64,000 nucleotides of DNA from contig JAZSIR010000008.1 of NCBI GenBank assembly GCA_045533905.1, positions 55,623 to 119,622 of the forward strand, given 5' to 3'. Of this stretch, positions 11,241 through 20,573 are shown piece by piece (the first letter of the stretch is position 1; every line of letters starts with the position of its first letter). A model generated the notes under the pieces. The model searched no databases. It was not told the DNA's origin and saw only the letters and a program-made list of their open reading frames with translations. A program made the translations under genes and the position numbers. The stretch comes from Clostridia bacterium (GTDB taxonomy: Bacteria; Bacillota; Clostridia; UMGS1883; UMGS1540).

Positions 11241-12350
11241 TTATACATAGCGAAGCCCGAGCACAAAGCCCGTAAGCAGCACCAAAAATGCGAAATTTAT
11301 GACCGTAAACCGCCCAAGATAATATTTGATTTTCCCCGGTTCGTGTTTGCCGTACTCCCGAAACGTAATAAGGCTTGCAAGAGACGAAATGAGTGTGCCC
11401 ACACCGCCGATATTGACGCCCACGAGAAGGTCTCTGTAATTCTCCGTAAACTGCGAAAGAAGGATTGCGCTCGGCACGTTGCTTATGACCTGACAGGACA
11501 GGATACTAAAGAGAAGCGTGCTCTTTTCAAGAAGGAATGAGAAAAATGCGCGCACGGCCGGAATTCTCGCCATATTCCCCGAGAATATGAAGAAAAATAC
11601 GAATGTTAAAAGAAGCGGATAGTCTACCATTGCAAGCGCTTTTCTATCCATAAAAAGAAGGACGGCGGGAATCACCACAAGACCAATCCAGTACGGAATG
11701 CCGCGAAACACAATCGCGATGGAAAGCGTAAACAGGAGAAGATATATGGTAGTTTTCTTTTTATCCAGTTTCGCCTCTTCCTCAGGAAGCGATAACGGCT
11801 CCGCCTCCACACACCAGAGGCAAAACGCCGTAATGAGAAGCACGGCGGCGATAAAGGGCGGCGCCATAATTTTTACAAATTCCAGATTCGGGATTTCAAA
11901 AAACGAATACAGATACAGGTTTTGCGGATTCCCGAATGGCGTGAGCATACCGCCGAGGTTTGCGGCCACATTCTGCATAATAAACGTAAACGCCATATAT
12001 TTCTTCTTGCCGGTTGCCTCTAAAACGAAGAAGCCGAGCGGCAGAAAGGTTAAAAGCGCCATATCGTTTGCAATGAGCATCGACCCGATAAACGTGATAT
12101 ACACAAGCGCCAAAATGGCGATTTTTGCATTTTTGCAGGTTTCCACGATTTTGCGCGCGAGCATATAGAAAAAGCATATGTTTTTAAGGGCGCAAACCAC
12201 CGCTAAAACACAAAAAAGGCAGGCAAGCGTTTTGTAATCAAAATAGTCAAGGTATGCGGCATCTACGGGCACGAAAACGCTTGTGACAATCGCAGCCAAA
12301 AGCGCGATGCACATAACCGTATTCTTTTTTATGAATTCGATAACCGGCAC
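11241..12350 (-). CDS. SLC13/ArsB/CitMHS-family anion permease
   Basis: Polytopic membrane protein with NDMALLTFLP, ANLGGMLTPFGNPQNLYL, SNVPSA motifs; start uncertain (GTG 12350). Confidence 0.85.
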   Translation of the reverse strand: MPVIEFIKKNTVMCIALLAAIVTSVFVPVDAAYLDYFDYKTLACLFCVLAVVCALKNICFFYMLARKIVETCKNAKIAILALVYITFIGSMLIANDMALLTFLPLGFFVLEATGKKKYMAFTFIMQNVAANLGGMLTPFGNPQNLYLYSFFEIPNLEFVKIMAPPFIAAVLLITAFCLWCVEAEPLSLPEEEAKLDKKKTTIYLLLFTLSIAIVFRGIPYWIGLVVIPAVLLFMDRKALAMVDYPLLLTFVFFFIFSGNMARIPAVRAFFSFLLEKSTLLFSILSCQVISNVPSAILLSQFTENYRDLLVGVNIGGVGTLISSLASLITFREYGKHEPGKIKYYLGRFTVINFAFLVLLTGFVLGLRYV

Positions 12351-12437
12351 GCCTATCCCCCGCTTTCTTTCGCATAAATTCCTAACACAGTATAGCAAAA
12401 CGAAGTAGCAAAGTCAAGGCGTTTTGGAAGAATATTC

Positions 12438-12466
12438 TTGACAACATCCGCATAGTGTGCTATACT
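12438..12466 (+). promoter_or_regulatory. sigma-A promoter of the thiT leader
   Basis: TTGACA-N17-TATACT with TGn extended -10. Confidence 0.85.
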
Positions 12467-12477
12467 GAAGAAAACTG

Positions 12478-12566
12478 AATGCTCGGGGAGCTTCCAAAGA
12501 GGCTGAGAGGGAATTTATCATTCCGACCCGTGAACCTGATACGGATAATGCCGGCGTAGGAAAAGA
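12478..12566 (+). ncRNA. TPP riboswitch aptamer
   Basis: GGGGAGC...GGCTGAGAGG...GACCCGTGAACCTGATACGGATAATGCCGGCGTAGGAA matches the THI-box consensus; upstream of a ThiT-like gene. Confidence 0.96.
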
Positions 12567-12583
12567 GTAAAGTCATGAATTTC

Positions 12584-12619
12584 GGAGATTATCTTTTTAG
12601 GTAATCTCCTTTTTGTTTT
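12584..12619 (+). terminator. Intrinsic terminator (TPP riboswitch expression platform)
   Basis: GGAGATTAT-loop-GTAATCTCC followed by TTTTTGTTTT. Confidence 0.8.
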
Positions 12620-12673
12620 ACATCCAAGATCAAAAGTTCGGTGTTCAGTTAAAACCTATAAGGAGTGTTCTAT

Positions 12674-13228
12674 ATGACGAAAACGAAAAAACTGACTTTG
12701 AGTGCTGTACTCACAGCGCTCGCATTCGCGCTTATGATGGCATCGAAAGCCTTGCCTGCCCCATGGCTACAGGGCGGCTCCATCACGCTCGCGAGCATGG
12801 TTCCCATTATTTTGGTCTCTGTAATTTTAGGCACAAAATGGGGACTTCTCGCAGGGGTTGTATATTCCCTCCTCCAGATGATAACAGGTTTCTACCCTCC
12901 CCCTGCCCCCAGCTTTCTTAGCCTTCTGGCTGTAATCTTTCTCGATTATGTCGGCGCCTTTTCCGTCCTCGGTCTTGCAGACTTCTTCAGCAAACTTTTA
13001 GGCGGAAAACCTTGGACTATCCCCGTAAGCGGCGCGATTGTAACGGGAATCCGCTATATTTTTCATATTCTCTCGGGCATTTTAATCTGGGGCGTGTATG
13101 CCGATGGGCAGTCCGTCTTTCTCTACGCCCTTACCTATAACGGCTCTTACATGATTCCTGAAATTATTATTACCACGGTGGTACTTGCCTTTGTTGGGTC
13201 CAAAATTCGGGGGAAGTTTAATTTGTAA
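12674..13228 (+). CDS. thiT: ECF-type thiamine transporter S component
   Basis: GGSITLASMVPI, LDYVGAF, RYIFHILSG, YNGSYMIPE motifs; under TPP riboswitch; AAGGAG RBS. Confidence 0.92.
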   Translation: MTKTKKLTLSAVLTALAFALMMASKALPAPWLQGGSITLASMVPIILVSVILGTKWGLLAGVVYSLLQMITGFYPPPAPSFLSLLAVIFLDYVGAFSVLGLADFFSKLLGGKPWTIPVSGAIVTGIRYIFHILSGILIWGVYADGQSVFLYALTYNGSYMIPEIIITTVVLAFVGSKIRGKFNL

Positions 13229-13252
13229 TGTCTTACGCCGGCAGAAAGCAAG

Positions 13253-13287
13253 AAAGAAGCGACAGTCAGATGACTGTCGCTTCTTTT
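13253..13287. terminator. Bidirectional intrinsic terminator
   Basis: AAAGAAGCGACAGTCA-GA-TGACTGTCGCTTCTTT perfect inverted repeat between convergent genes. Confidence 0.85.
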
Positions 13288-14545
13288 ATCGTGCACAGGC
13301 CGCCTCGGGTTGTAATTGATTCTTCCCGGCCAGCACAGCTTTGTAAAGTTTTACGCTTACAATGATTTCGAGTACGGAGATTGCAAACAGTATGGAAACA
13401 ACCAAAGCCATCGGGTAGTGCACCAAAAGGGCGGAGAAGCCAAGGCTCGTGCCGGCTCGTGCCAGTTTTACGCCGAGTTCGAGCATGGCGAGTAGCGTCT
13501 GGTGCTGCTCTCGGGGTGTGTTTTCAAACAAAACATCCTGCATACAGAGATTGAACGGGTCTCTGGCAAAAAGAATGATAACGTATCCCACGGCCATTAC
13601 CGAAATTTTAACAAGCACATGCGGAATGTACGCACCAAATAATATACATCCTATGGCGGCGGCAAGTAAAGCCGGTAATGCAATGCCCATTTTCCCCTTG
13701 TATTTTTCATACAGCTTTGCAAAAACGATGTTGGAAAACACACGTATGATGCGCGAGGCACAGATAATGGCACCTATGATGAGCGCTGTCTCCTCTACGT
13801 TGAAATCTAAAAACAGATGCTCTTGGATAAACAGTTTTCCCTCCGATTGTCCGCCATTGATAACAGTATAAAAAATCCCGTACCCCACAATCGCAAGTAT
13901 GATAAACTTACTCCATTGTATTTTAACCTTCTTGCCCCCTTGGGTTTTAGACGAAACCTTGTTATACTCGGAGTAATCTTTCATCATGAGAGAAATGATA
14001 AAACCTATCGCGCAAGTTGTGATGCATCCTAACATCGGTAAATAATGATTTTGATTAAACATGAAACTGGCCACAAAAGAAATGAGCATGGTAATGACGG
14101 AATACACCGTGTTTGCGGAAGTTCGGATGCGCACAAAGTCTCTTCGTCTATTCAGTAGTTCGAGATTATTTTCAAGCGCCACAACGGAAGCACTACGGAA
14201 AAGCACGGAAATATCATGAAAAATTCTGCCGATCAAAACAAGATAATATTGTGCCCCAAAAGTAATACAAATCGCTGATAGCAGCATAAAAAAAGCGCCT
14301 GTCCGGACAGATGTGGTATTCCCGATCTTTTTGATTATAAATAAAACGGGGAACTGGAGCGCGATACAGGCAAACTGGGAAAACGACACGAGGGAAACGA
14401 TTTGTGCCGCCGAAAAGTTTTTTACAACTGTTAAGAACAGAGAATCTATCGCAATATAAAAGAGTAGGTCCGCCGTCAATCCGAAATACCACGGATATGC
14501 CATTATGTATCTGTTTATTTTTTCACGCAACGCAATCTCCTCCAT
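13286..14545 (-). CDS. MFS transporter
   Basis: About 12 hydrophobic segments, IIKKIGNT loop motif; divergent from a LysR gene. Confidence 0.8.
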   Translation of the reverse strand: MEEIALREKINRYIMAYPWYFGLTADLLFYIAIDSLFLTVVKNFSAAQIVSLVSFSQFACIALQFPVLFIIKKIGNTTSVRTGAFFMLLSAICITFGAQYYLVLIGRIFHDISVLFRSASVVALENNLELLNRRRDFVRIRTSANTVYSVITMLISFVASFMFNQNHYLPMLGCITTCAIGFIISLMMKDYSEYNKVSSKTQGGKKVKIQWSKFIILAIVGYGIFYTVINGGQSEGKLFIQEHLFLDFNVEETALIIGAIICASRIIRVFSNIVFAKLYEKYKGKMGIALPALLAAAIGCILFGAYIPHVLVKISVMAVGYVIILFARDPFNLCMQDVLFENTPREQHQTLLAMLELGVKLARAGTSLGFSALLVHYPMALVVSILFAISVLEIIVSVKLYKAVLAGKNQLQPEAACAR

Positions 14546-14640
14546 TTTTAACCTGCCTCTTGATTTTACCACCATTTTAGTGTATACTCAAATACATATA
14601 ATCAAATGAAGTTATAGTACGTATGCTATGGAGGGAAACT

Positions 14641-15594
14641 ATGGAGTTACTTGCACGCTATGCCCATGAGGTGTACAAAAAAGGAAGCTTTACAAAGGCT
14701 GCCAAAGCACTTTACATATCCCAGCCGTCCCTAAGCGCCGCAATTTCAAGACTTGAAAAGGAGTTGGGATTTCGAATATTTGACCGTTCCACCATCCCCT
14801 GTTCCCTGACAGCGGAAGGCAGAATCTATATTGAGAGTATTGAAGAAATCGCCGAAAGTGAAAGTAATATGCAAAAAAGAATACGGGCGCTTTCCGACAC
14901 CTCCCACGGGTCCATAAAGGTTGGCGGTTCCAGTTTTGCATCGTATTTAATTCTTTCTCAGATTTGCGGTGCATTTTATAAAAAATACCCCGAAATAAAT
15001 GTAACGGTTGATATTGGGAATGTGGGAAGCCCGCAGGTTCTGTTCGATAAATTAGATAACAAAGAAATCGATATTTTAATAACGTATAACGACCAACACA
15101 CGAACTACAAGATAGAACCAGTTCTGGAAGAGCGATTAGTGATTGCCCTGCACAAAAAAATGCAAGGCACCGAAAGACTTCAGCATCTTGCTTTGACAAG
15201 AGAGGAAATTCTGACGAAAACGTATGCGCCCGATCGCGAAACCCAAGATATGTCGGTATTTCGTGATATTGAGTTTTTGGAATTCTCCCGTAAATCTGAT
15301 ACCGCAAAACGAATGGCCAAAATGCTTGGAAATTACAAAACCTCCCGTTATAAGATTGAAAACGCCAGGCACAGCGAAATGCATTATAATCTAATGCACG
15401 CAGGACTAGGTGCGGTTGTCACCACGACCTTAGGAATCGCGCAAAAGCCCTATGATGAAGACATATTATTCTTTGTGCCTAGAAGCGAGGAATCCTATCG
15501 AAAAATATTTTTTGCGTACAATTTTTCCGCGAAGAACAACCCGCTTATCCAGAATTTTATAAAAGCAGCCAAAGAGATTTACGCCGACAAGTAG
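14641..15594 (+). CDS. LysR-family transcriptional regulator
   Basis: GSFTKAAKALYISQPSLSAAISRLEKELGFRIFDR HTH. Confidence 0.93.
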   Translation: MELLARYAHEVYKKGSFTKAAKALYISQPSLSAAISRLEKELGFRIFDRSTIPCSLTAEGRIYIESIEEIAESESNMQKRIRALSDTSHGSIKVGGSSFASYLILSQICGAFYKKYPEINVTVDIGNVGSPQVLFDKLDNKEIDILITYNDQHTNYKIEPVLEERLVIALHKKMQGTERLQHLALTREEILTKTYAPDRETQDMSVFRDIEFLEFSRKSDTAKRMAKMLGNYKTSRYKIENARHSEMHYNLMHAGLGAVVTTTLGIAQKPYDEDILFFVPRSEESYRKIFFAYNFSAKNNPLIQNFIKAAKEIYADK

Positions 15595-15624
15595 ACACCA
15601 GGTCATTGACCGCATGCGCAAAAA

Positions 15625-15715
15625 AAGTGTGCAATGAAGTGTGCAATGACTTTGAAAGTGAAGCTTTTCCCGAAAACGAAAAAAACGCTGAAACCCTTGA
15701 AAGGTCAGCGTTTTT
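15625..15715. repeat. 12-bp tandem repeat plus hairpin (possible recombination-site remnant)
   Basis: AAGTGTGCAATG x2 (15625-15648); AAAAACGCTGA...TCAGCGTTTTT inverted repeat (15681-15715). Confidence 0.6.
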
Positions 15716-15758
15716 CCGTGGAAAAGCCGAATAGTTTAGATGCCGTACTTTACCTGAT

Positions 15759-16034
15759 TCAAATCTGTTTGATTATAAAATCTTCTTCTGTTTGCAGAAC
15801 ATATGCTTTTATATTTGACTGACAGTTGATGTTTTTTATTTCAATGTTTCCTTTGGATTTAACTATACATTCTCCATCAAATCCCTCTATACTCATTTCA
15901 TCGATTGAAATCCGCTCATAATTATAAACTCTTATAAATTCACTGACAGAAGCATATTCTCTCACTGAGACAGACACGTTTTTCATTATCAACTCAACAT
16001 TATTTGTTTCAGTATCCTTTTCTTTATTTGCACG
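15759..16034 (-). pseudogene. Orphan C-terminal gene fragment (beta-strand rich)
   Basis: Open frame of about 90 codons with no convincing RBS/start, AT-rich, alternating V/I-x pattern. Confidence 0.4.
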
Positions 16035-16185
16035 TCAAAATAGCACTATTTACACAGTAAGAAAAGTTGACAAAAAATGCACGGCCCTTTCATCCCCATT
16101 CTTTTAAAAAGTCGTTTTTGTCCAATTTAAAGTCTGAATAATATATTGATTTTCCAGATTTTAAATACTAAAATATAATTGTGAG

Positions 16186-17055
16186 GTGAGAGCGTTGAAA
16201 TGTTTTGAATTTAACCTTGAAAAAATCATAAAAGTCGTACTGTCCGGTAAACAGATTTTCACCGCCACAGACTCACACGTAACCAGGGTTAATCCCGAAT
16301 ACATTATGTATTTTCAAATTTCAGGCTATCTCCACATTGAAAATGCAGGCAGCGACATTCTTTTAGAGCCGGGAGATACTTTTCTTTTTAAAAAAGGAGA
16401 TTTTCAAAAGCCGCTTGAGTCTTCTGCGTGTGAATACTATTATGTACACTTTACCACCGAGCCGGTTGCGGAGTTTGATGTTACGGAAGAAGAATACAGG
16501 TCACTTGTATTAAACAAAAAAAATCCGTTTTCCGTTTTTGTAAAACAGAAAAACCACGTAGGAAGTCCGAAGATTCTTTCATACATAACTGATACTTTAA
16601 GAAATAACAAAATATGGAGTGTGAGCAGCACTACAGATGTTTTAAAATGCTTTTCAGCTTTTTCTTCTGTGCTTTTTACATTGGAAAACATGGATTTTCG
16701 TGCAAATGAAAATTACAAAGGATATATTATCGTGAAAAAAATTTCCAATTATTTAGAATCACATTACAGTGAAAATTTCAATTCCGATTTACTTGAAGAA
16801 ATTTTTAATTTAAACTACGACTATGCCAACAGGCTTTTTAAAAAATTCAAGGGTTCAAGCATAATGGCATACAGAAACAAATTACGAATAATCAGGGCAA
16901 AAGAAAAAATAACCGTTTCAGGAAAGTCACTGAGCGAAATTGCAGCAGAAGTAGGCTTTGATGACAGTTGTTATTTCAGCAGATGCTTTAAAAAACTGGA
17001 GAATATTTCTCCCAAGGAATTCCGTGAAAGGTTGAACTCAAATGAAAATTTATGA
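16186..17055 (+). CDS. AraC-family transcriptional regulator
   Basis: N-terminal cupin-like domain; C-terminal SLSEIAAEVGFDDSCYFSRCFKKLENISPKEFR. Confidence 0.93.
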   Translation: MRALKCFEFNLEKIIKVVLSGKQIFTATDSHVTRVNPEYIMYFQISGYLHIENAGSDILLEPGDTFLFKKGDFQKPLESSACEYYYVHFTTEPVAEFDVTEEEYRSLVLNKKNPFSVFVKQKNHVGSPKILSYITDTLRNNKIWSVSSTTDVLKCFSAFSSVLFTLENMDFRANENYKGYIIVKKISNYLESHYSENFNSDLLEEIFNLNYDYANRLFKKFKGSSIMAYRNKLRIIRAKEKITVSGKSLSEIAAEVGFDDSCYFSRCFKKLENISPKEFRERLNSNENL

Positions 17056-18388
17056 TTTGTCCGTCACTCACCTCTATGAAAACGACAGAAAAATTTCGCT
17101 TCTTTCTCTTGCTGTGCCTATTTTTATGGAACATTCTTCAGTCGGGCTTTCCTCTATTATTAACACTCTTCTTGTTTCCGGCTATTCTCAGGATATCGTT
17201 ACAGCAATCGGAGTAGTAGGACAGCTTTCGGGATTTATCGCCAATATTCTTATGATTTCAATCTGTGGAATGCGTGTTATTCTCGGGATTGAATTAGGCA
17301 GAAACAACAGAAAAAATGCCTGCAGTGTCATGGGGACAGCATTCTGGATGTCTCTTGTTTTTTCCTTATTCATCGGCTTTTTCTGCATATATTTTGCCGA
17401 CGAACTGCTTTCCATGATGAATTTGTATGGAACCGTCAAGCAAATTGCATTAGACTATTCCTTTATTATATTCTGTTTTTACTCTATAACCACATGTAAA
17501 AGCCTCTTCGCCGTTGCACTGACGTGTAACGGTTACTCTATGCACACCTCCTTTTCCGTAATAGTGGCACAGGTCATTAATATAATCACAGGATGGTACA
17601 TCCTTTACGGTGGCGTTGAAACACCCTTCAGCAAGGCTACGGGTCTCGCTTTATGTACGTTAATTTCGCAACTTGTTTCGCTTGTGTATATTTTAATTAT
17701 TCTGATGAAAAAGAAGTGCCCTTTAGGCTTTAAATACAGTTTTTTTCAAATGAAAAGAATACTTAAAATAGGCTTGCCTGCCTCGGCAAACGGAATAGGT
17801 TACACCTTCGGGCAGACAGTTACAACAGCAATGATAGCAAGCCTTGGTCCCATTGCCATTACTGCAAAAATCTATATAAGCAGTATAGCTACATATATTT
17901 CCTACTTTAGTTTCTCAATAGGTCAGGCTGCAGCAATTCTGACGGGCCGATTCAGGGGAAAATTGCAACACGAAAAAGAAGACCGTCTGTTTTGGCATAG
18001 TATGCGTCTTGCTATGCTTCTTAACTTTTTTGTTTCCGTTTTCGTATTTATATTCAGGAAGCCTGTCCTTGAAATATTTACAGATTCACCTGAGATAATC
18101 GCATTAGCTGCAAAAGTTATGTTTGTAGATATTTTTGTCCAGCTTGCAAGAGGTTCAACCAATATAGGTGACCAGTTATTAACGGCAAACGGCGATGTTA
18201 AGATTGTTTCTGCCGTATCGCTTTCAGCTTGTTGCGGAGTTACGGTACTTTTTGCGTGGTTACTTGGAATAAATCTCAGTTTAGGTCTTGTCGGATGCTG
18301 GATTGCATTTCTGTTGGAAGAAATCTACAAATCTTCATTTTATGTGCTGAGATGGAAAAATGGAAAATGGAAAAATCAGAAAATATAA
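17042..18388 (+). CDS. MATE-family transporter
   Basis: LAVPIFME, ILKIGLPAS, C-terminal RWKNGKWK, about 12 TM segments. Confidence 0.9.
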   Translation: MKIYDLSVTHLYENDRKISLLSLAVPIFMEHSSVGLSSIINTLLVSGYSQDIVTAIGVVGQLSGFIANILMISICGMRVILGIELGRNNRKNACSVMGTAFWMSLVFSLFIGFFCIYFADELLSMMNLYGTVKQIALDYSFIIFCFYSITTCKSLFAVALTCNGYSMHTSFSVIVAQVINIITGWYILYGGVETPFSKATGLALCTLISQLVSLVYILIILMKKKCPLGFKYSFFQMKRILKIGLPASANGIGYTFGQTVTTAMIASLGPIAITAKIYISSIATYISYFSFSIGQAAAILTGRFRGKLQHEKEDRLFWHSMRLAMLLNFFVSVFVFIFRKPVLEIFTDSPEIIALAAKVMFVDIFVQLARGSTNIGDQLLTANGDVKIVSAVSLSACCGVTVLFAWLLGINLSLGLVGCWIAFLLEEIYKSSFYVLRWKNGKWKNQKI

Positions 18389-18443
18389 TTATTTATAAGT
18401 GCTGATATTTTTATTCAGCAAACAAATTTAAGGAGAGAAAACA

Positions 18444-19457
18444 ATGCGAAAAAATGAAAGTTTTGTAATACCTGATGTTCTCGATAACATCGAACGCTTT
18501 TTCACAAATCCGCTGACCCGTGAAAAAGACAATGCTGACCCATGTATTATTTACTGTGAAAATGAAAAGTGCTACTACGGGATCTCTACCGGCAATACAT
18601 TTCTTACACTGCACCGATGTAATTCCCTTAAAGATATGTTCTGTCGCAGTGAATCCAAGGTTATTTACACGGCAAATCCTGAGGATGACACCTACGGATT
18701 TTTGTGGGCTCCGGAACTTCACCTCATAAAAGGAAAATGGTATGTATATACAAGCACTCATCAGAGTGTAGAAGACAAAGGCTTTAAGCATGTAATAGTT
18801 CTCGAAGCAATAACAGACTCCCCTTTTGACGGATTCAAGCTCTGCGGGCATATCAACCGAAACCTTCTTGCAATAGACCCCACGATTTATCAGGATATGG
18901 AAAATGATAAGCTTTATATCTGCTATTCCTTGGTAAAAGACGGACATCAGAGACTTGTTCTGCAACATCTCAAATCCCCCTGCGAGCCCGTGGGAGAGAT
19001 GGTGGAAATTGCCCGTGCGCAGTACAGTTGGGAAATGGTAGCTCCCTACTGTGGCAACTGGACCATCAACGAGGGTGCTTACTTTATAAAAAGCCCTAAC
19101 GGAAGACTTTTTATCGTCTATTCCGGCAACGGATGCTGGAGCGACGATTATGTGCTGGGGATAATAGAGTATATCGGAGGCGAATTCCTCAGTGCTTCTT
19201 CCTGGAAAAAGTGCGATAAACCACTCTACACAAAGGGCAACGACAACTACGGCCCGGGCCACGCAACTTTCTTCCATTCTCCCGATAAGACCGAGCTCTG
19301 GATATGTCATCACTGTCTCCACGAATCTGACCCCAAGCACAATCCTATGCCCCGCCACTGTCACTGCCAGAAAGTTTATTTTGATGAAACAGGATTTCCC
19401 CATATTGGTTTACCCGTTGCACAGGGAGTGCCGTATCCCCTGCCTTCAGGTGAATAA
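18444..19457 (+). CDS. Glycoside hydrolase family 43 (arabinofuranosidase-like), no signal peptide
   Basis: ADP, WAPELH, AIDPT, INEG, GPGHATF motifs; AAGGAG RBS. Confidence 0.92.
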   Translation: MRKNESFVIPDVLDNIERFFTNPLTREKDNADPCIIYCENEKCYYGISTGNTFLTLHRCNSLKDMFCRSESKVIYTANPEDDTYGFLWAPELHLIKGKWYVYTSTHQSVEDKGFKHVIVLEAITDSPFDGFKLCGHINRNLLAIDPTIYQDMENDKLYICYSLVKDGHQRLVLQHLKSPCEPVGEMVEIARAQYSWEMVAPYCGNWTINEGAYFIKSPNGRLFIVYSGNGCWSDDYVLGIIEYIGGEFLSASSWKKCDKPLYTKGNDNYGPGHATFFHSPDKTELWICHHCLHESDPKHNPMPRHCHCQKVYFDETGFPHIGLPVAQGVPYPLPSGE

Positions 19458-19469
19458 CTGCATAATTCG

Positions 19470-19694
19470 GTATATTTGCATACATCTCCGTCAGAATACA
19501 TCACACAATATCGATTAACTCATGCACAAATAAAATAGAAAAATCGTTTCGAAAATAATATCGATATCGCTCTTTCCTGCGGTTTTAATAGTGAATCATA
19601 TTTTGTACACGCTTTTAAAAAATGTTATGGCATAACCCCTAGTACCTACCGTATTCAGCAATTGAAAATTGGATTAGATGGCACTATATTTTAG
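19470..19694 (+). pseudogene. AraC-family HTH remnant
   Basis: My translation TSPSEYITQYRLTHAQIK*KNRFENNIDIALSCGFNSESYFVHAFKKCYGITPSTYR; in-frame TAG at 19536, no N-terminal domain. Confidence 0.85.
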
Positions 19695-19744
19695 TGAAAT
19701 ATCTCACTTCATTCCGTTACGATATGATATAAATTCCTTTTCTC

Positions 19745-19826
19745 GTTGCCGCAGGCAACATATCGTATCCGTCAGGATATATCGCACCGAAGGTATATCG
19801 CAAATTCCGTCAGGAATTTATATCGC
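19745..19826. repeat. Array of four short hairpins, each followed by ATATCG(C)
   Basis: GTTGCC-GCA-GGCAAC, TATCC-GTCA-GGATA, ACC-GAA-GGT, AAATTCC-GTCA-GGAATTT. Confidence 0.75.
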
Positions 19827-19866
19827 AAAAAAAGACGATTTCTTTGTCGAAATCTGTCTTTTTTTC

Positions 19867-19887
19867 TGGTGATCCATCGGGGATTCG
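19867..19887 (-). repeat. 21-bp duplicate of the tRNA-Lys 3' end
   Basis: TGGTGATCCATCGGGGATTCG identical at 19867-19887 and 20015-20035. Confidence 0.92.
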
Positions 19888-19975
19888 CTTTTCTGCGGAA
19901 AAGCCGGTCGCGGTTCTGACAGTCCACCGGACTGTCATTCATTCCCGCTCCTTCGAATCCCTTACATCTAAAAAT

Positions 19976-20020
19976 CACCAACAAAAAAAGGATGCATAAG
20001 CATCCTTTTTTTGTTGGTGA
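19976..20020 (-). terminator. Terminator of the tRNA operon
   Basis: TCACCAACAAAAAAAGGATGC-loop-GCATCCTTTTTTTGTTGGTGA inverted repeat. Confidence 0.8.
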
Positions 20021-20090
20021 TCCATCGGGGATTCGAACCCCGGACACCTTGATTAAAAGTCAAGTGCTCTGCCAACTGAGCTAATGGATC
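20015..20090 (-). tRNA. tRNA-Lys (TTT)
   Basis: Cloverleaf, anticodon loop CTTTTAA, GTTCGAATCC T-arm, encoded CCA. Confidence 0.96.
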
Positions 20091-20093
20091 ATG

Positions 20094-20169
20094 TGGCTGG
20101 GCTGGCTGGACTCGAACCAACGAATGCAGGAGTCAAAGTCCTGTGCCTTACCGACTTGGCTACAGCCCA
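20094..20169 (-). tRNA. tRNA-Gln (TTG)
   Basis: TGGGCTGTAGCCAAG..., anticodon loop CTTTGAC, encoded CCA. Confidence 0.96.
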
Positions 20170-20174
20170 ATAAG

Positions 20175-20252
20175 TGGGGTGGATAGTCGGATTCGAACCG
20201 ACGGCCTCTAGAGCCACAATCTAGCGCTCTAACCAACTGAGCTATACCCACC
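20175..20252 (-). tRNA. tRNA-His (GTG)
   Basis: Anticodon loop TTGTGGC, G-1 and C73, encoded CCA. Confidence 0.96.
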
Positions 20253-20256
20253 ATAT

Positions 20257-20333
20257 TGGCGCGCCTGAAGAGACTCGAACTCCTGGCCCACTGCTTAGAA
20301 GGCAGTTGCTCTATCCTGCTGAGCTACAGGCGC
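20257..20333 (-). tRNA. tRNA-Arg (TCT)
   Basis: GCGCCTGTAGCTCAG..., anticodon loop CTTCTAA, encoded CCA. Confidence 0.96.
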
Positions 20334-20342
20334 ATGCTATAT

Positions 20343-20416
20343 TGGAGCGGGTGATGGGAATCGAACCCACGCGATCAGCTTGGAAGGCTGAGATTCTACC
20401 ATTGAACTACACCCGC
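20343..20416 (-). tRNA. tRNA-Gly (TCC)
   Basis: GCGGGTGTAGTTCAATGG..., anticodon loop CTTCCAA, encoded CCA. Confidence 0.96.
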
Positions 20417-20434
20417 AGGAACCGGACCTAATAG

Positions 20435-20463
20435 AGTATAGCAAAAAGCGGCGAAATTGTCAA
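20435..20463 (-). promoter_or_regulatory. sigma-A promoter of the tRNA operon
   Basis: TTGACA-N17-TATACT on the minus strand. Confidence 0.85.
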
Positions 20464-20573
20464 GGGTTTTCTTTCAAAATAATGAAAATTATTTATAAAA
20501 CAGATCTTTTGCGCCCTTTATGCATATTTTCTCCTCATCCCTACTATACTATCCACGAAAGAGGTGATTTCGT

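Noticed and set aside
18411-19403. 330-aa ORF antisense to GH43
   Set aside because: Mirror frame of a clear GH43 gene; no recognisable features.
19745-19826. Possible mini-CRISPR array
   Set aside because: The constant part is only 6-7 bp, the variable parts are self-complementary, and no cas genes are present.
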